Shown: piece by piece, positions 34,428 through 48,854 of the stretch
How positions within the stretch are numbered: the stretch's first letter is position 1
Layout: each line of letters starts with the position of its first letter
Assembly: GCA_017654855.1 (NCBI GenBank)
Contig: CM030333.1
Span: 3,038,001 to 3,102,000 of the forward strand
Reading direction: 5' to 3'
DNA from: Podospora anserina
Lineage: Eukaryota
DNA: 64,000 nt
The notes under the pieces: generated by a model
Told to the model about the DNA's origin: nothing
Seen by the model: the letters and a program-made list of their open reading frames with translations, nothing else
The model's database searches: none
Position numbers and translations under genes: made by a program

Positions 34428-37400
34428 TTAACCAAGAAACTCCCCCACCACCCCCTTGCCCCCCTCAATGATATCCCCCACAATCCCCAAATACCCCTCC
34501 AGCACCCGCTCCGCCTCTTCCTTCCCAAACAACCGTCCATCATACCCCATCTTGAGCCTATGCCCCCCATTCCCATCCCTAAAAACCTCAAACATGATCG
34601 CATAATTCACATACATCGTCACCTTGCTCATAGCCATGACGATCCACCTCATGTGATCCTGCTCTCCCGGCGCGGGTTCAAACGGCTGGAACAAAAACAG
34701 CGTCTTGGCTCGCTCCGCCTCGGCATGCTTGTAGATGTCCCCCAGTGAAACAGACCCGTTCTCCGTCATGGCCCAGAACCCAGATTGCGTCTCCTTCAGC
34801 AGTGTTTGCACGCCTGTTGAGTTGTCCATCTGCGCGCGGAAGGGCAAAAAGTTGGCGCATGTCCCCGGGATAAGCTGGGGGTCGTCAAGGTCAACGTTTC
34901 GACCGGTCAAGAGATAGTCGTACGTCACATCTGGGGAGGAGGACTTGGAGAGGCGAGCAAGGAGGAGAGTGTAAGCAGCCTGGAAGACAATGCTGGCCGT
35001 CACGCCGGCAGACTGCGCGTAGGCATTGACAGGGAGACCGGTCTTGGCGACAACGACACCACTAACCTTGGGGTCATGAATGTGCGCGGGGAAGGAGAAC
35101 CTATTGCCGGAGAGGGTCGACTTCCAAAAGTTGAGCATTGGCTCCCGAAGGCTCGGCAGGTTGGTATACTCCACAAATGTCTTGAACGAAGTAGGCGAGA
35201 CGGGCATGGGATGACCATCGCGTAAGGCGGCGAATTGGTCGTCGAAGATGCGGAGCAAAGTCCCGTCATACATGGCGTGGTCGAGTTTGGTGACTAGGTC
35301 CATCGTGCCGTCAGGGTATCGGAGTACAAGGTAGCGCACAAACGGGCGGCCGACGGAGAATCGTTGGTCCCAGTGTCTGCGAACAAGTCTCTCCTTCTCC
35401 TCGCCATCAGGGGTCGGACAGTCAACCACTTCCAAGTCCAAGATGGGCTTCCTCAAGATAATCTGCACCCAACTGAGAGGGTCTGATTCGTCTTGCTTCA
35501 TGTACATGGCGCGCAAAATCTGGTTAGCCTGCGTGAGCTTTTCTGTCAGGTTGATCCACCGCTCGAGGTTGAAACCAACTGGAAGACGCCGCACTGTCAT
35601 CAACATCCAAAACTGCTCTTCGCTGTGACCCTGTGTCAGGAACTCCACCTGACCCGGGCCGCAGTGGTAGATGTCTTCCACATCATCATCCGACAGGCCA
35701 GAAGCTCCCAGCCTGTCTCGAACCACTTGCTTCACCTCAAGCTCCACCCCCTGATCGAGTGCCAAGTCCGCCATAATTGGCTTGACGCGCTGAGCTTGCT
35801 CCTGGAGAGAAGGATAGGTGACAACATCGTTGACGGACAGAGAGAAGCCTTGCTGACGGAGCATGCTGGCGAGATTGATAGCAGCGATAGAATCACCACC
35901 GTAGTTGTAAAAGAGTGCACTCAGGCTGATGCTCTCTGGTTCGACGTCGAATAACTCCGCCCAAGCATCACGGAGCGTCTTCTCTTGTTCGGTCAACTCT
36001 GAGTCGTCAATGAGTTGCCCATTCGTCGTGGGCATTGTCGTCGAGTAACCGGCTAGTGCCTTGGGGTCCAAACCTTCAGCAAGCTGAGCAAGCAGCTTTC
36101 TGTTAATCTTGCCTGACGGGAGGAGAGGGAAACCCTTGAAGGGCAGCAAGACCTTGGGCATCATGTAGTGAGCCAGAGACTGGAGTCGATCAAGGATCAC
36201 GGCGGGATCGACGACGGCAGTCGAATAGATGCCACTGCTCTCGGCTTCCTTGTCTGGCTTCTCAACGGGCACAAAGTACACCACGATCTGCTTCTTGCGC
36301 TGAACTTCCGCCACTCCAACAACACACAACTGCACCACATCAGCAGCCTGGCTCAAGATGGTGTTTTCGATCTCGCCGAGCTCGATGCGAAAGCCGTTCA
36401 GCTTGACTTGGTTGTCTCTCCGGCCCAAGCACTCAATCTCCCCATTCGGTAGCCAGCGAGCGTAGTCGCCGGTGCGGTAGAGAACCGAACCATCCTCTGC
36501 AGTCAAAAAGGACTTGGCCGTGATGTCGGGGCGGTTCAGATACCCAATTGCAACCTGGTCTCCACTGACGCAAAGTTCGCCAACAGTCCCATGCGGGACG
36601 GGAACTAGCAACTCTGGGTGCAGGATAGACGCGTGCACAGCTTTCAACGGGCGACCGATGCTCTTCAGATTGCCGTTGGGCAAAACTTTGGAAACAGTCA
36701 TGAGTATCGTAGCTTCGGTTGGGCCTACTTGCTGTTAGAATAAGGAGCTACTTGCAGTGGTGAAGAGAAAGCAACATACCATAGCCATTGTACACATCCA
36801 TCCGAGTCGCCCAGACACTCGCAATCTCGGGTGTGATGGGCTCACCACAAACAAGCAATGTCGTCAGAGTTGGCACCCGTTCAGGGGAGATAAGCTTGGA
36901 GATGGTTGGCGTGATCATCAACTGCTCAGCCCCAACAGCATTGACACAAGCTGCAAGATCCTGCATCAATGTGTCCTGGTCCGTAATGGAGATGATACCG
37001 CCAGAACCGAGGACGGTGAAGACATCGAAGTAGGATGCGTCGAAAACATAGTTGAGGAACCAGAGAACATGCCAGCGGCTGTCGATACCACAAGCCTCAA
37101 TCATGCCTTCAGTCGATGCCCCGACGGCGCCGTGGTGCACCTGCACACCCTTAGGCAGGCCAGTCGAGCCGCTTGTGTAGATGACATAGGCCAGATCATT
37201 CATAGAAGGCTCGGGCAGATCAGATGGCCTGTTCGCATGGCGGGTTGTGTCCACTGTGTCAAGGCTGATCACGTCGCCAGCAAACGAGTCAAACACCTCA
37301 GCGTGCACGCTATCGGTGATGGCGATGGTAGCCCCAACATCCCGCGCAATGAACTCATTTCTGTCTCGGGGGTTCTTGGGATCGAGTGGAGTGAAGGCAG

Positions 37401-40400
37401 CACCGGCTTTGAGGACACCGAAAACGGCAACAAGAGTGTTGATAGACTTGCGCATGCATATGGGAATAATATCGCCGGTCCTGACGCCTTTGGCTACAAG
37501 ATGCCGCGCCAAGTTGACCACGGCGTTGCCGAACTGTCTGTAGGACATCGCGGTCTTGTGCTTCAGGTCGGAAGACAAGCCCTGCAGAGCCATCTTTTCA
37601 GGATACTGCGCGATCATTCGATTGACCAAAGTCAAGGCGGTTAGGCCAGGCTCTGTGGGACGGACCCTAGACAGAGAGTCCAGGAACTCGACTTCTTCTG
37701 TTGAGGTGGCGATGATATGACCGATAAGGACTTGGGGCTGTTCAAGAAAGGCCTTGATCGTCTCGGCAACATTGCCAAGTAAGAAGGAGGCTTTGTTGCG
37801 CGGCAAATGGGAAAGGAGACGCAATCTCAGGTGACCGCCCGTCGTTGCCTCTGCTTCGAGCATCGTCGTGTCGCCGACAAAGTTTGGCTCGTAGGGCTCA
37901 GAGCGCACAATGGGACCGTCTTGGCTCAAGGACTCTGCGACCTCGCTGTCCTTGATAAGCACATTGGCCAGGGTATCGTAGTGATCGGAGCTTAGGTTTG
38001 CCTCTCTCAGGATGTTGCGCAAGCCGAACTGAGCCTTTGGCGCGATGTCCCAGATGTCGTCTTGTATGGCCCTGGCGAGATCGATCAGAGACGTCTCGGA
38101 GTCTAGCTGGACACGGAAGGGGACCGTCGCAATCGTAGGCCCAGGTATGTCGAGAATTCCCTCTACGGGCATGTCACGGCCTGACAGCGTGACGCCAAAA
38201 AGTATGTCGTTCTTTGACGAGTGCATGGAGAGCACAACGGCCCATGCCGCGTAGATGAGGGAGCCAACAGACACTTTGTGTGATGCTGCAGTGGCCTGAA
38301 CATCATGGGCGATGACTGTGTTCACCACGACTGCCTGGCCGGTCGTCTGCCCGAGAATGGTTGATGGGACGCCATCCAGCCTCTTCTGCCAAAACGCCGC
38401 GAGCTGTTGGTGCTCCTCTTGCTGCAGCTTCAAGACCTCACGCACAAAGTTGGCATAACCTGGCCGTTGTGGAAGCTGCTTTCCACTGAGCGCGGCTGAC
38501 AAGTCGTCGATCAGAAAGTTGTTGGACCAGTGATCAAACAGGGCGTGGTGCATGGTGACAGCCAAGATGTCATCCTTCAGGCTGGCGAACTGCACAAAGT
38601 TGCCACCCAGTTGCATGGATCTCTTCTGGAGCTCTGAATACTCATGGGCCGTTGTGAGGGGAAGGTCTTCCCACGATAAAGGGACGGCCATCTTCCTGAT
38701 GACTTGGAGGAAGGATGTCTTGTGCGGTACAAACGTTGTCCTGAGCAAAGGCAGGCGTGGAATGAGATCCTCCAAAGTCAGTCGGACCTGCTGGGCCGAT
38801 ATGCCCTGCAGACGATAGTAACGGCGATAAACATAGGTTGATTTGCCCTGCAGTGCGTCGGCCAAGAAGGTATCCTGTAACGAGGTAGTCGGGTAAGCAT
38901 CTTCTACGTCGTCCATCTTGCTTATCCTGGTGTTTTGTGGCAGCAGTGACAGTCGCGGGACGTCCGAGTGGGAATTGTTCTGTGATTGCTTCGCGTGGTT
39001 GAGCAGCGCATGCAGAGGAAGTCGAAGTATGTCGCCGACTGAGATTTGGATGTCGTCATGATAGGCCTTGGTTGAAACATGGATAGCATCCAGAGATGAG
39101 CCTCCAAGTTCTTGGAAGGTGTTGTTACTGTTGGCGATGCGTGATGCAGGAAGCTTCAGAATATCGGCAAAAATGTCGCAAAGCCGGCGGGTATGGGATG
39201 GGAGGTGGCTAAGGGTTTCGTCTTCTGAGGGGGCGCCGTTCGTGTCATGGTGATGGTCCAGATGATGATCTGTAGAGGAACGTAGAAGAGTGGCTCTTTC
39301 AAGACGCTGGACGTCCTTGGTGAGCTGCGGGATGTCGACCTTTCCATTCACGTTGAGGGGGAGCTCCTGCCTCAACAGCCAGTAGGTTGGCATCATGTAA
39401 CTGGGAATATGCTGAGCCAGGAGATCCTTGAGTTCGCTTCGCAAGCGTGGCCATTCCAAAGCCGGCCTCTTCGCAACAATGGCAGCCACGAGTGCTTTGC
39501 GGCCGGCGATTTCGGCGGCGACCACGCTGGAGTTCGTGACATCCGGGTGGGTCTGTAAGATTGTGTTGGAATCCCCAGGCTCGACACGCTGTCCGTTGAT
39601 TTTCACCTGAAAGTCAATTCTGCCGACCATCTCGATCGACCCGTCCTCGTGGGCGACTACCATGTCCCCTGTCCGGTACAGACGACCGGGACCAAAGGGG
39701 TTGTCGATGAAAGCCTCAGCCGTCTTTTCTGGGCGGTTGATATAGTAAAGTGCAAGTTGGTGGCCACCTAGACAGAGCTCTCCCGGGACGAGGAGCGGGC
39801 TAAGGCGTGTTGTGCCGGGGACGAGCACGAACGAGGTGGTGGTATCGCTTGGCCGGCCGATATTTTGAGGGTTTTGGCCAAGGATCATCTCTCGCCTCCA
39901 GTTCACCTGGGTATTTTCACTTAGACCATAAGCGTTCAGTAGCTCGAGTTCGTGAACCCAAGTTGGAATCAGTGCCGGATTGATCAGTTCGCCAGCAACT
40001 GTCATGCGCTTGAGACACGGGACGGTGCCGGGGGTGAGGAGGAGGGCAGTTGAAGGCGTTACATCTATCACATTGATCTGCATCTGGTTGATGGTGCGCC
40101 CAATGTGGACGGTGAGGTTGTCCTTGCTGGCCAGACACAGGCAGCCGCCCTGCTTCAGAGTAGACCATACCGAACGCTGGGCCGCCGAGAAGACAGGGTT
40201 GTGGAACAGGAGTTGGCGAAGATCAGGCAGTGTTGGGAAGGCTGCAAGGCCGGAAGTTGCTGAAGAATGAATATGAAGAACGCCCTTTGGCTTCCCTGTC
40301 GACCCGGATGTGTAGATAACGTAAACTGGGTCGTCAGGTTCGTAACCACGGTCCAGGTTTGTATCGTCAGCCCGGGCCGACTCCGCGATGAGCTGATCGA

Positions 40401-42177
40401 TTATTACCTCACGACCTGGGAACCGGCCGGCTGTGTTTCTGTCAACAATGACAACCTGGGCACCGACATCTTCCACAATGAAGTTATTCCTGTCCTGAGG
40501 TGTGTCAGGATCCATGGTTACATAGGCCGCTCCTGTCTTGAGAATGGCCACGAGGGAGATGATGAGGCTTGCTGATCTCTGCAGACAAACTGGAACAAAG
40601 GAGCCCCTGCCCACAGGCAGCTGTCTGGCAACCCGATTGCTGATGCGATTCAGCTCATCATAGGACAGTGGACGGTCGCCTTCGAATTGGAGAGCTGGGG
40701 CATTTGGTGTCAGGCGCACCTGCCGTTCGAAGAGCTTGTGGACGTTGTCGTATACGGGCCGAGTAAGAGGCTTGCCCATCTCAAGCATGAGATCCAGTTC
40801 TTCTGGAGATATGATGTCGATCTCACCAAGGTTGAAGTTGGGATGCCTGACCATTTCTGACAGAGCCATCACGAGATGGTCAAGAACCACCATCATCTTC
40901 TCTGGCGGGATGGATGCGTCGTGTTGTGCAGAAACGGATATGGCATGGCTAATTTGTACCGCGATAGTCACAGGATGGTGGCTGTTGCCAGAGTAGGGCG
41001 TCAAGACTTCGTCATCTCCAACAACAACAACAGACACCTTGAAACTGCTTGCAGAAACGGCATCCATGAGTTCGGGAGTGGCGAAGAAGGCATGTGTTGC
41101 CGACAACGTGTTGAGACGGTCAGCCTCCTTGATCAATGCAGCTGCAGTGAGCTCAGGCTTCACATGGAGCTTCAATGGATATTCCTGATCGGCATACCCA
41201 ATAACAGAGCCATGGCCCTCGATAGTTCTGTCTCTCCCCTCGGCAACAAAAGCAATATCGTGAACCTCGCTGCCCAGGTTACAATGTCGCTCCAGCACCA
41301 AACCCAGAGCAGCATACACGACGGCGTGTTCCGAAACACCCAGTTGTTTCGCACATCTTCGGAGCGACGACCCGCTGATGGCAACGGAGCTTGCCGCGGC
41401 AGTGTTCTGGAAGGTGCCGGATCGCTCCAGGGGGAAGGAGTGGAGGACCAGGTCGGGAAGGGACTGCAGAGTGTCGGCCCAGAACTCGGCCGACTTTTGG
41501 CTTGCTCTTTCCCTAACAAGCCTTAGATAATGTGGAAAGAGCAGCCTGGGTGCTGGGACCCCACCTGACAAGAAGCATAAGAAATCTCTCCAGAGGTGTC
41601 CCAGTGATGTGGTATCAGCGACCAGTTGCGGCAGGCAGAGAGAGACATGGGGTCCGGCACTGGCCCATTCGACGACCGGCATCGCGGGCCCTTGGAGACC
41701 GAAGGAGTGGATATGTTGGAGGTTGGCATCGGAGGAGCCTTGAATGTTCCTCGGCTGCTTGAAGATGCGCAGCACGAAGCCGTCACCGGTCTTGTCTTCC
41801 GCAACCGTTGCCCGCAGCATGTGGTGCTGCAAGGCGAGGGCATGCCATGCCTCGTGGAGCTGGTCGAAGCTCTTGACGATGTCGGTGGAGAGGTCCAGAC
41901 GGATGATGGAAGCCCTCTTTGCCGCTTCCGGATCCTTCAGCAGCAGTCCTTGTTGAACAGGAGTGCAAGGGATCTCGGATTCAATCTCGTTGTCGGGTGC
42001 CCAGTGACCACCAGCTTGACTGTCGGCACCGATGCCACGCAAAGTGGAAAGAGCTCTGGCGACTTGCTTGTATGTGACGTGGAGCGACATGGTCCGGTTG
42101 ATCGACTTGGCCGTCACATGAGGCTGTTTGGGGCTGTCCAGCCAGCCATGTTCGACTGAAGTATCGATCACGCCCAT
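34428..42177 (-). CDS. Non-ribosomal peptide synthetase, C*-A-T-C-A-T-C, about 2564 aa (intron 36779-36725)
   Basis: Two A domains (YTSGSTGKPKG and YTSGSTGLPKG, each with YRTGD), T domains GGSSL and GGDSI, C domains HHALFD and DHAMYDG, and a degenerate N-terminal C domain. Confidence 0.95.
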
Positions 42178-43553
42178 GGTGGACGGTGTTGTCGACGAGG
42201 GTGGGGTCTCCTGAAAAGAAAGTTGAGTTTCTCCTCGGTGATAGCGCATACTGATTGAACAGGGCGAGTTATCACATGAGCTCCATAGAAAGAAGTCAGG
42301 AGAAAGAAGAACGGTTGGGTGTGGATGCGGAACAAGAAGAAGTATGAGAGTCCAGATGCTTGAGTTTATATGCTTATATGCATTTTATTTCTCATCTAGG
42401 GCTGGCCACCTTCCATACTTCTGGAGACTTACAGGTGCCCCAGGTCCCCTTACCGAGGAACAGATCCCTCAGACTCTTCCCGTAGGGCCAACTACTCACC
42501 GTATCTTTTGAGGAACCCAAAACGAATCTTATTACCACACATTGCAACTGGATGAGACTCGGATTCAGACATGTACGACCCGACTACAATGATATCTGGC
42601 AACCCACAGATACCACATTGTGTCGACATACAATTAAGATCCATCATTTAGACATATTCTAGCCTCGAATCTACCTGTAAGAAGAGCTATCAAGCTCTTC
42701 TGTACGCTGTGAAGCGACGAGCATGTTTCCAGTATCGAATCTTGGAAGAACCGGCATCACCCGTCATCCTCTAGGTACGGCCCGAAACAACCCGAATAGG
42801 AGTTAGGGAGGTATCTTTAGTTCACGGTACCTATCCACTTGCCCATAGACTCCCGATTCGTCTTTTCAAGCCTCCCGGCAAATTTTTCGGCCCTGGTATC
42901 ATGAGGTTACGTGTCCATGCACATATTGCATACCACATCGGGGATCCGGGTTTCGCTGACTTACTACAACGGGGAATCTGCTGCCCTGTGGCGCAGCCCC
43001 AACCACAAGAGTGACACTGCATACACCCATCTTGGATCTCGCGGAGTTGCGGGGAGCCTCACAGCCTTTTCCCCGGAGTTTGCTCCGGATTGGGTATTCC
43101 GCCTAATGTCGTCAGTACACCGCGTATACTGGCCACACGGTTCATGCAATGCAGTTGGACCTCACAGTCTGTGGTCAGCTTCGGCCGAGGCGGTGTCCGC
43201 TTAATCTGATCGCCTGAATAGTGTCTTCAATGTCCCTAAACGGAAATTAGAGCACGACTGAAGGGAACGTCCTAACTCAATCTTTGCGCATCTTGACTTC
43301 TGCATCACAATGTGCTGCATTTTTCTAACGCACAACGGGCAGGTGGCCTAACCGGCGACAATCTATGGCAGCTGCAATGTTAACCGCTTATGCCTCTACA
43401 CCTTTGGCATCAGGACGGTTTCACAGAAGGATATAAACCCCGTTCCCTTTCTACCAAGATCATCATATCATCAGTTCCCACAACTTCCGCAGTACATTTC
43501 ATCAGCACAATTACGAGTTTTGAATCACCTCGACACATCATACTTTAGTCAAG

Positions 43554-44383
43554 ATGTTGGGCAGTATTCTTCCATTCAACGAGGAGACGGCGGACCGCGT
43601 CAGCGCCTACTGTGAGAAGAACTCTCATGGGATCCCTGACGCCCTGGTTGAGCATTGGGAGTGGACTCGCACTCGCTTCCCCGATGCCGACAAGATGTCT
43701 AGTCGTCTTCAGGGCTCCTGGATGATCTTCACTGCTCGTGACCGCAAGCCCAAGAGAAGTAAGCAATCATTATCCATCACCCACACATAGTCCAGAGCTA
43801 ACTCTGGTGCTTTAGTCCTCGAGATTGGTTGCTACTCTGGCTACAGTGCCTTGGCCTGGTACGAAGGTACCCGTGACACCAAGGCCGAGATTGTCACGCT
43901 TGAATACAGCCCCAAAATGATTGCCGCCTCTCGCGAGGCCTTCAAGAAGTACGGGGTCGGTGACCGCGTGAAGCTGATTGAGGGTCCCGCCGAGAACACT
44001 CTCAAGACCCTGGAGGGCGAGTTTGACCTCATTTTTGTCGATGCCAACAAGGACGGCTATGCTGGATATGTCAAGACGATCCTGGACCAGGGTCTGCTCT
44101 CTGCCAACGGCATCATTCTCTGCGACAACGGTAAGCCCTTCCTGACGTTATTCTCGAAAGCGAATGCTGATTTGAAACAGTCTTTGCCCGTGGCCTCACC
44201 ATCGGCCCCGACTGCGCACCTTGGCTCAACGACCACGTCCGCCCTTACTGGAATGGCTGCGGACAGGCATTGGACAAGTTCAGCGCCGGTCTCATGGAGG
44301 ACCCCCGCATCGATGTCTTGCTTCTCCCTGTCTTCGATGGTGTTACTCAGATTCGGTGGAAGGACGGGGCTCAGCGGGCTTGA
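43554..44383 (+). CDS. mth1: SAM-dependent O-methyltransferase (CCoAOMT/COMT-like), PaMTH1, about 240 aa, two introns
   Basis: LEIGCYSGYS, FDLIFVDANK and ILCDN metal/SAM motifs. The N-terminus MLGSILPFNEETADRVSAYCEKNSHG matches my memory of P. anserina MTH1. Confidence 0.88.
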
Positions 44384-45076
44384 TGCCGCCACCTATTGGG
44401 GCCATAAAACATCACGGTTGCTCGGTTCATGTTGATTAGTTTGCTCTTGACACAATACATACAACATCCCCCATCGTACCTCTTGATCCTTTGATGATTA
44501 TTGCCTTCAAGTTGTGATGTGTCCCAGGTATCATTTTTTGCCACGACGTGCCATGGTGCCGAACGATACAGCCGAGCGTGGTGAAGAGAAGGTTGAGCCA
44601 AGACCACGTGAGGGTTCAGCCGCGTTGCAGATTGCAGATCTTGATCAGAGACAAGAAATGCGAGATTGAACCATCCAACCAAAGATAAGCATAAAGAATA
44701 AGCGAACTGTTGTTTCTGCTGTGTTACCTTGTTGGGACCTTCTCGAAGCTGCCAATGATGAGCATGGGCGGAACAATTTTCGCCTCCTTCTCGGGGAAGA
44801 CCAGATTTGGTATGTTACATCTATGTCCCCTTTGGCTTTCTTCCAGAAGGGCAGATATGCAACCATCAGTCCTTGGCAGTTCCTCCTCCTGTGGGGATAG
44901 ATGTGCATGTAACGTGGATTGACTTATGTAAAAATGTGCTATATATCAGGATGAGTCTGATGGGGCAGGTAGTAACTACCTATCTAATTGACGTGTAGAT
45001 CTCGCAGCCTTCTCCACCTCCATCTTGTAGCACCTACCCTACTCCTTCGTACAGAATATTCCCCCCCAAAAGCACA

Positions 45077-46120
45077 ATGGCGCAATCCCTCGCCCAAACC
45101 GGCACCACCTGCAAACTCACCACCCACCCCATCCCCTCCCTGCCCGCCGAATCCCCCCCCGACTCCGTCCTCGTCCGCTTCCTCGCCTCCCCCGTCAACC
45201 GCGTCGACCTCATGGTCCTAAACAACCAATACCCCCTCAAACCAAAATACACCTCCCCCACCACCAACACCCCCATCCCCGGCTTCGACGGCATCGCCCT
45301 CGTCGAATCCTCTACCTCCCCACTCTTTTCCCCCGGAGACCTCACACTCCCCCGTGACCTCGGCCTCGGAACCTGGCGCACCCACGCCATCCTCCCCGCC
45401 TTCTCCCTCCTCAAACTCCCCCCCAGCGTCAGCACCATCTCCCCCATCGACGCATCCCTCATCCGCTCCGGAGCCCTAATCGCCCACCTCCTCCTCACCA
45501 ACCCCTCCACCCCCCTCAAAGCAGGCGACCACATCATCATCTCAGCAGGAACAAGCACAGTCTCTCAGTTCCTCATCCAACTGGCCAAACACCGCGGCAT
45601 AAAACCCATCCTCGTCATCCGCGACCGTCCCAATCCAGAACCGGTCAAGGCCGAGCTCCTTGCTCTCGGTGCAGAAGCTGTCCTGACAGAGTCCGAGGTA
45701 GAGGCCGGACTCCTTCTCCCCAAACAACCCATCATCCTCGCCCTCGACAGCGTCTTTGGCAAAATCGGCGAGCTCCTCGCAGCTTCCCTCGCACCAGGCG
45801 GCAAGTTCGTGCTTGTCGGCTTGTTGGCTGGCCCAAAGGCGAGCATGCAGCTCACGACTCAGCATTTGTTCAACCGGCAGCTCAGTTTCCTGCCCTTTAG
45901 GGGGTCGGAACACCTCAAGAGAATGGGGGACGAGCAGACGGAAAGCTTGATCGGTGAGATTGCGAGAATGTTTGTGGATGGGACGTTGAAAAGGCCCAGG
46001 GTCAAGGTTGTGGACTGGACCACCGCTGGTGAGGGTGAGGTTGAGAAAGCGCTGGAAGAGGCGGTTGAGCTTGCCAAGGGGGAGGCAGGACACGTCAAGA
46101 CTGTTTGGAAATTGACTTGA
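45077..46120 (+). CDS. MDR-family trans-2-enoyl reductase (Etr1/MECR-like)
   Basis: VRFLASPVNRVDL...YP, GLGTWRTHA, AGTSTVSQ and LALDSVFG. Confidence 0.82.
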   Translation: MAQSLAQTGTTCKLTTHPIPSLPAESPPDSVLVRFLASPVNRVDLMVLNNQYPLKPKYTSPTTNTPIPGFDGIALVESSTSPLFSPGDLTLPRDLGLGTWRTHAILPAFSLLKLPPSVSTISPIDASLIRSGALIAHLLLTNPSTPLKAGDHIIISAGTSTVSQFLIQLAKHRGIKPILVIRDRPNPEPVKAELLALGAEAVLTESEVEAGLLLPKQPIILALDSVFGKIGELLAASLAPGGKFVLVGLLAGPKASMQLTTQHLFNRQLSFLPFRGSEHLKRMGDEQTESLIGEIARMFVDGTLKRPRVKVVDWTTAGEGEVEKALEEAVELAKGEAGHVKTVWKLT

Positions 46121-46439
46121 ACTGAAGACATAGTGAGCACTGGATATCAGGTTACCTAGAGGTGTAGAACTTCCAATTAGTGCAAGTACAAGAATAAAAA
46201 ACTCCGTGGGTGTTTCTCTCGAACCGCCCAAGTTTGCTCGAATTCAGAGAGAATTGAAAAAAAGTCCGCCGACATCCAGTCCATTTTGATTTTACCAACT
46301 TCCCTGTCTGCCCAAACGCGAGTGTTTCCAACTTTATCACATGTACATTACACATGGCCCAGATACCACACTCAAAAGGCGGTCACCAATCTGTCACTGT
46401 TTCCAACACCTCCAATCCAACTCCCGAACCATAAAACTC

Positions 46440-48371
46440 TTACGCCGCAATGGCCTGAATATTACCAAACATCTTCCGTTGCTAACAAAGCCGTCAGTCA
46501 CATCCTCACAGTCAATCAGGAGAGAAAGAATACTCACAGTAAAGCACACCGACAGCACCAAACTAAAAGCAGCCGCAACATAAACAGGAATAAACACCTG
46601 CCTCAGCGCGACAACAATCGCATCCGTGGCCGCAGCACGCACCCCAGGGGCCAAAGAGCTGAAGAACTCGCCACTGGTCCCCGAGATGGCCATCTGAAGC
46701 TGCTCCCGTGTCGCATCAGGCAGGACCACAATCAGATTCTTGATAGCGTCATTGACAAAGATGGCACCAGCAATCGCAAGACCCAACGCGATACCACCCA
46801 ACTGACCCAGCATCATGAACGAGATCGCATACGCCATGTCCGCTGGCGGGGTGACAGCTTGGATAACAGCATACCCGGCCTGGATAAAGCAACCGGTACC
46901 AATACCAAGCAGAATCTCGAAGCCGTAGATCTGACCCTCAGGCGTCTCGGTCGTGATGCGAGCTGTGACACGGTTAGTTTCCCTTCCATTGGCAGCAGAA
47001 CAAGACAAAGACTTACACATCAAAACCCCGCCAATCAACGTCAAAACACTCCCAAAAACATACCACGGCTGGAAGTAACTAAACCTCGCCATCAAATGCC
47101 CATTCGCAAGAATAGCAGCGCTCAGCACAAAAATAAGCGGCAACAACCTCACCGCCGCCGTGATAGCACTATCGCCCCTCGTGAACTGGAAATACAGCGG
47201 GACATAGTAAATCGGCACGAAGCCAGCCGTGTTCACCGCCGCAGCGCAGCAAAAAAGCAGCACCGCGTTCCAGTTCCTCATGAACTGGATGGGAAAGATC
47301 CTCGAGGTCAGGTTGGTCAGGATGGTGTAGGTTTGTTGGATCCCAAAAAGGATAAAGAGCGAGAACGCCACGACAAAAAGCGCGATGATCTGCCCGCTGT
47401 CCCAGGCATAAAGCGCGCCACCGAGGTTGGTAGCCATGATCAAGGCCGTGATGGCTCCCATGCTAAGCACAGTTCCGACCCAGTCAAACTCCTTGGCAAG
47501 CGTCAGGGTCTTGGTCCCGGCACGAGGTTTGAAGTTCGGGATCCAAAGGAGGTAGACCGGGGCGAATAGACCAGCGACACAAAGGTTGATGTAAAACGCC
47601 CACCTCCACGTCGCCGGTGACTCAACAAACGCACCGCCTACCACGGGTCCCAAAACCGTGCCGATACCCCAGACCAGACCGACGAAACTAAGATACCCGG
47701 GGCGCTCGCGGTCGGAGGTATTGACGGAGAGAAGGGTCATGACACCGAGGTACATGCCATTGCCGCCCATGCCGGCAAGGACACGGCCGATGATGAGGGC
47801 GTCCATGTTGGGAGCTGCACCGCAAAGGGCAGAGCCGACGTTGAAGAGGATGGAGGAGAGGATGTACAGCCATTTAGCGTCGAAGAGGCCGTACAGGCGG
47901 CCGAAGGGGAGGACGACTGCTGCTCCACCGAGGAGGAAACTAGACACAAACCATGGTCAGAGACTGTACTCTTGCAGAAGGAGGTCGATGTAAACATACC
48001 CAACAGACAGCCATGGTAGCTTGAGCGCATCGCCAAAATTGTTGACCACGGCTGGTGTGATGTCGGCGACGACTGTGTTGTCGAGGGAGTAGAGGAAAAT
48101 GCTGGATAGAATGGCAACGACAACCAAGGCCCACTGTAGGAGGCAAGAAATGTTAGTGAATCTCTCTTATCACACCATATCTCAACCGGCAATGAGTCCT
48201 TACAATAACACCGTGAATGTTTCTTGGCGATGCATTCTGATCAGGTTCTGCTGGCGCGGCAGTCGGTGCACCGGCTTCGAGCTGTGAATCGGAGCTGTGG
48301 CCGTTGTCCGCCGGCAACTCAACGGCGGGATCAAGCGGCTTCTCCTTGAGGGAGGCCGCTCCAGAAGACAT
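46440..48371 (-). CDS. MFS efflux transporter (DHA2, toxin-pump type; multi-exon)
   Basis: FLYSLDNTVVADI, GSALCGAAPNMDALIIGRVLAGMGG and WRWAFYINL. Confidence 0.9.
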
Positions 48372-48854
48372 GTTATGGACAGGCGACCCGGGGGTCTTGG
48401 TGGGTATCAGGTTCGACCTTTGGGATTGTAGCAGGACGATTGATGATGTGATGAAAAGTTGTTGAGAGGAAGAGAGCTTGGTCTGGATTAAAAGATGCAA
48501 GATATCGGATTTCAGATTCGCGAGCGCTGCATGTGGCCGGGGGGTCGACGATAAAAAGGAGCGCGGTCGATATTGGGCCGACACAAAAATGAACACCAAA
48601 TTAAATCCGCTAATCAAAGGAATGCAAATCCTTTGCAAATCCAGTGATTAGAAATGGGTCTTTGGACACCTGTTTGGCAGCAAACAAAAAGAAAGGGAGC
48701 AAGAGGGACGGCACGTCGCAGTTGCTCTCCCATTCAAAAACAGGGGTCCACACTGCCCAAAGAGGAAATTGTCTCATGTCACTCTCAGCGTATCATGTAA
48801 TCAGACACAAGGCTCCATTTTCTACCACAACTATTCTCTGCCTGACAAACACTC

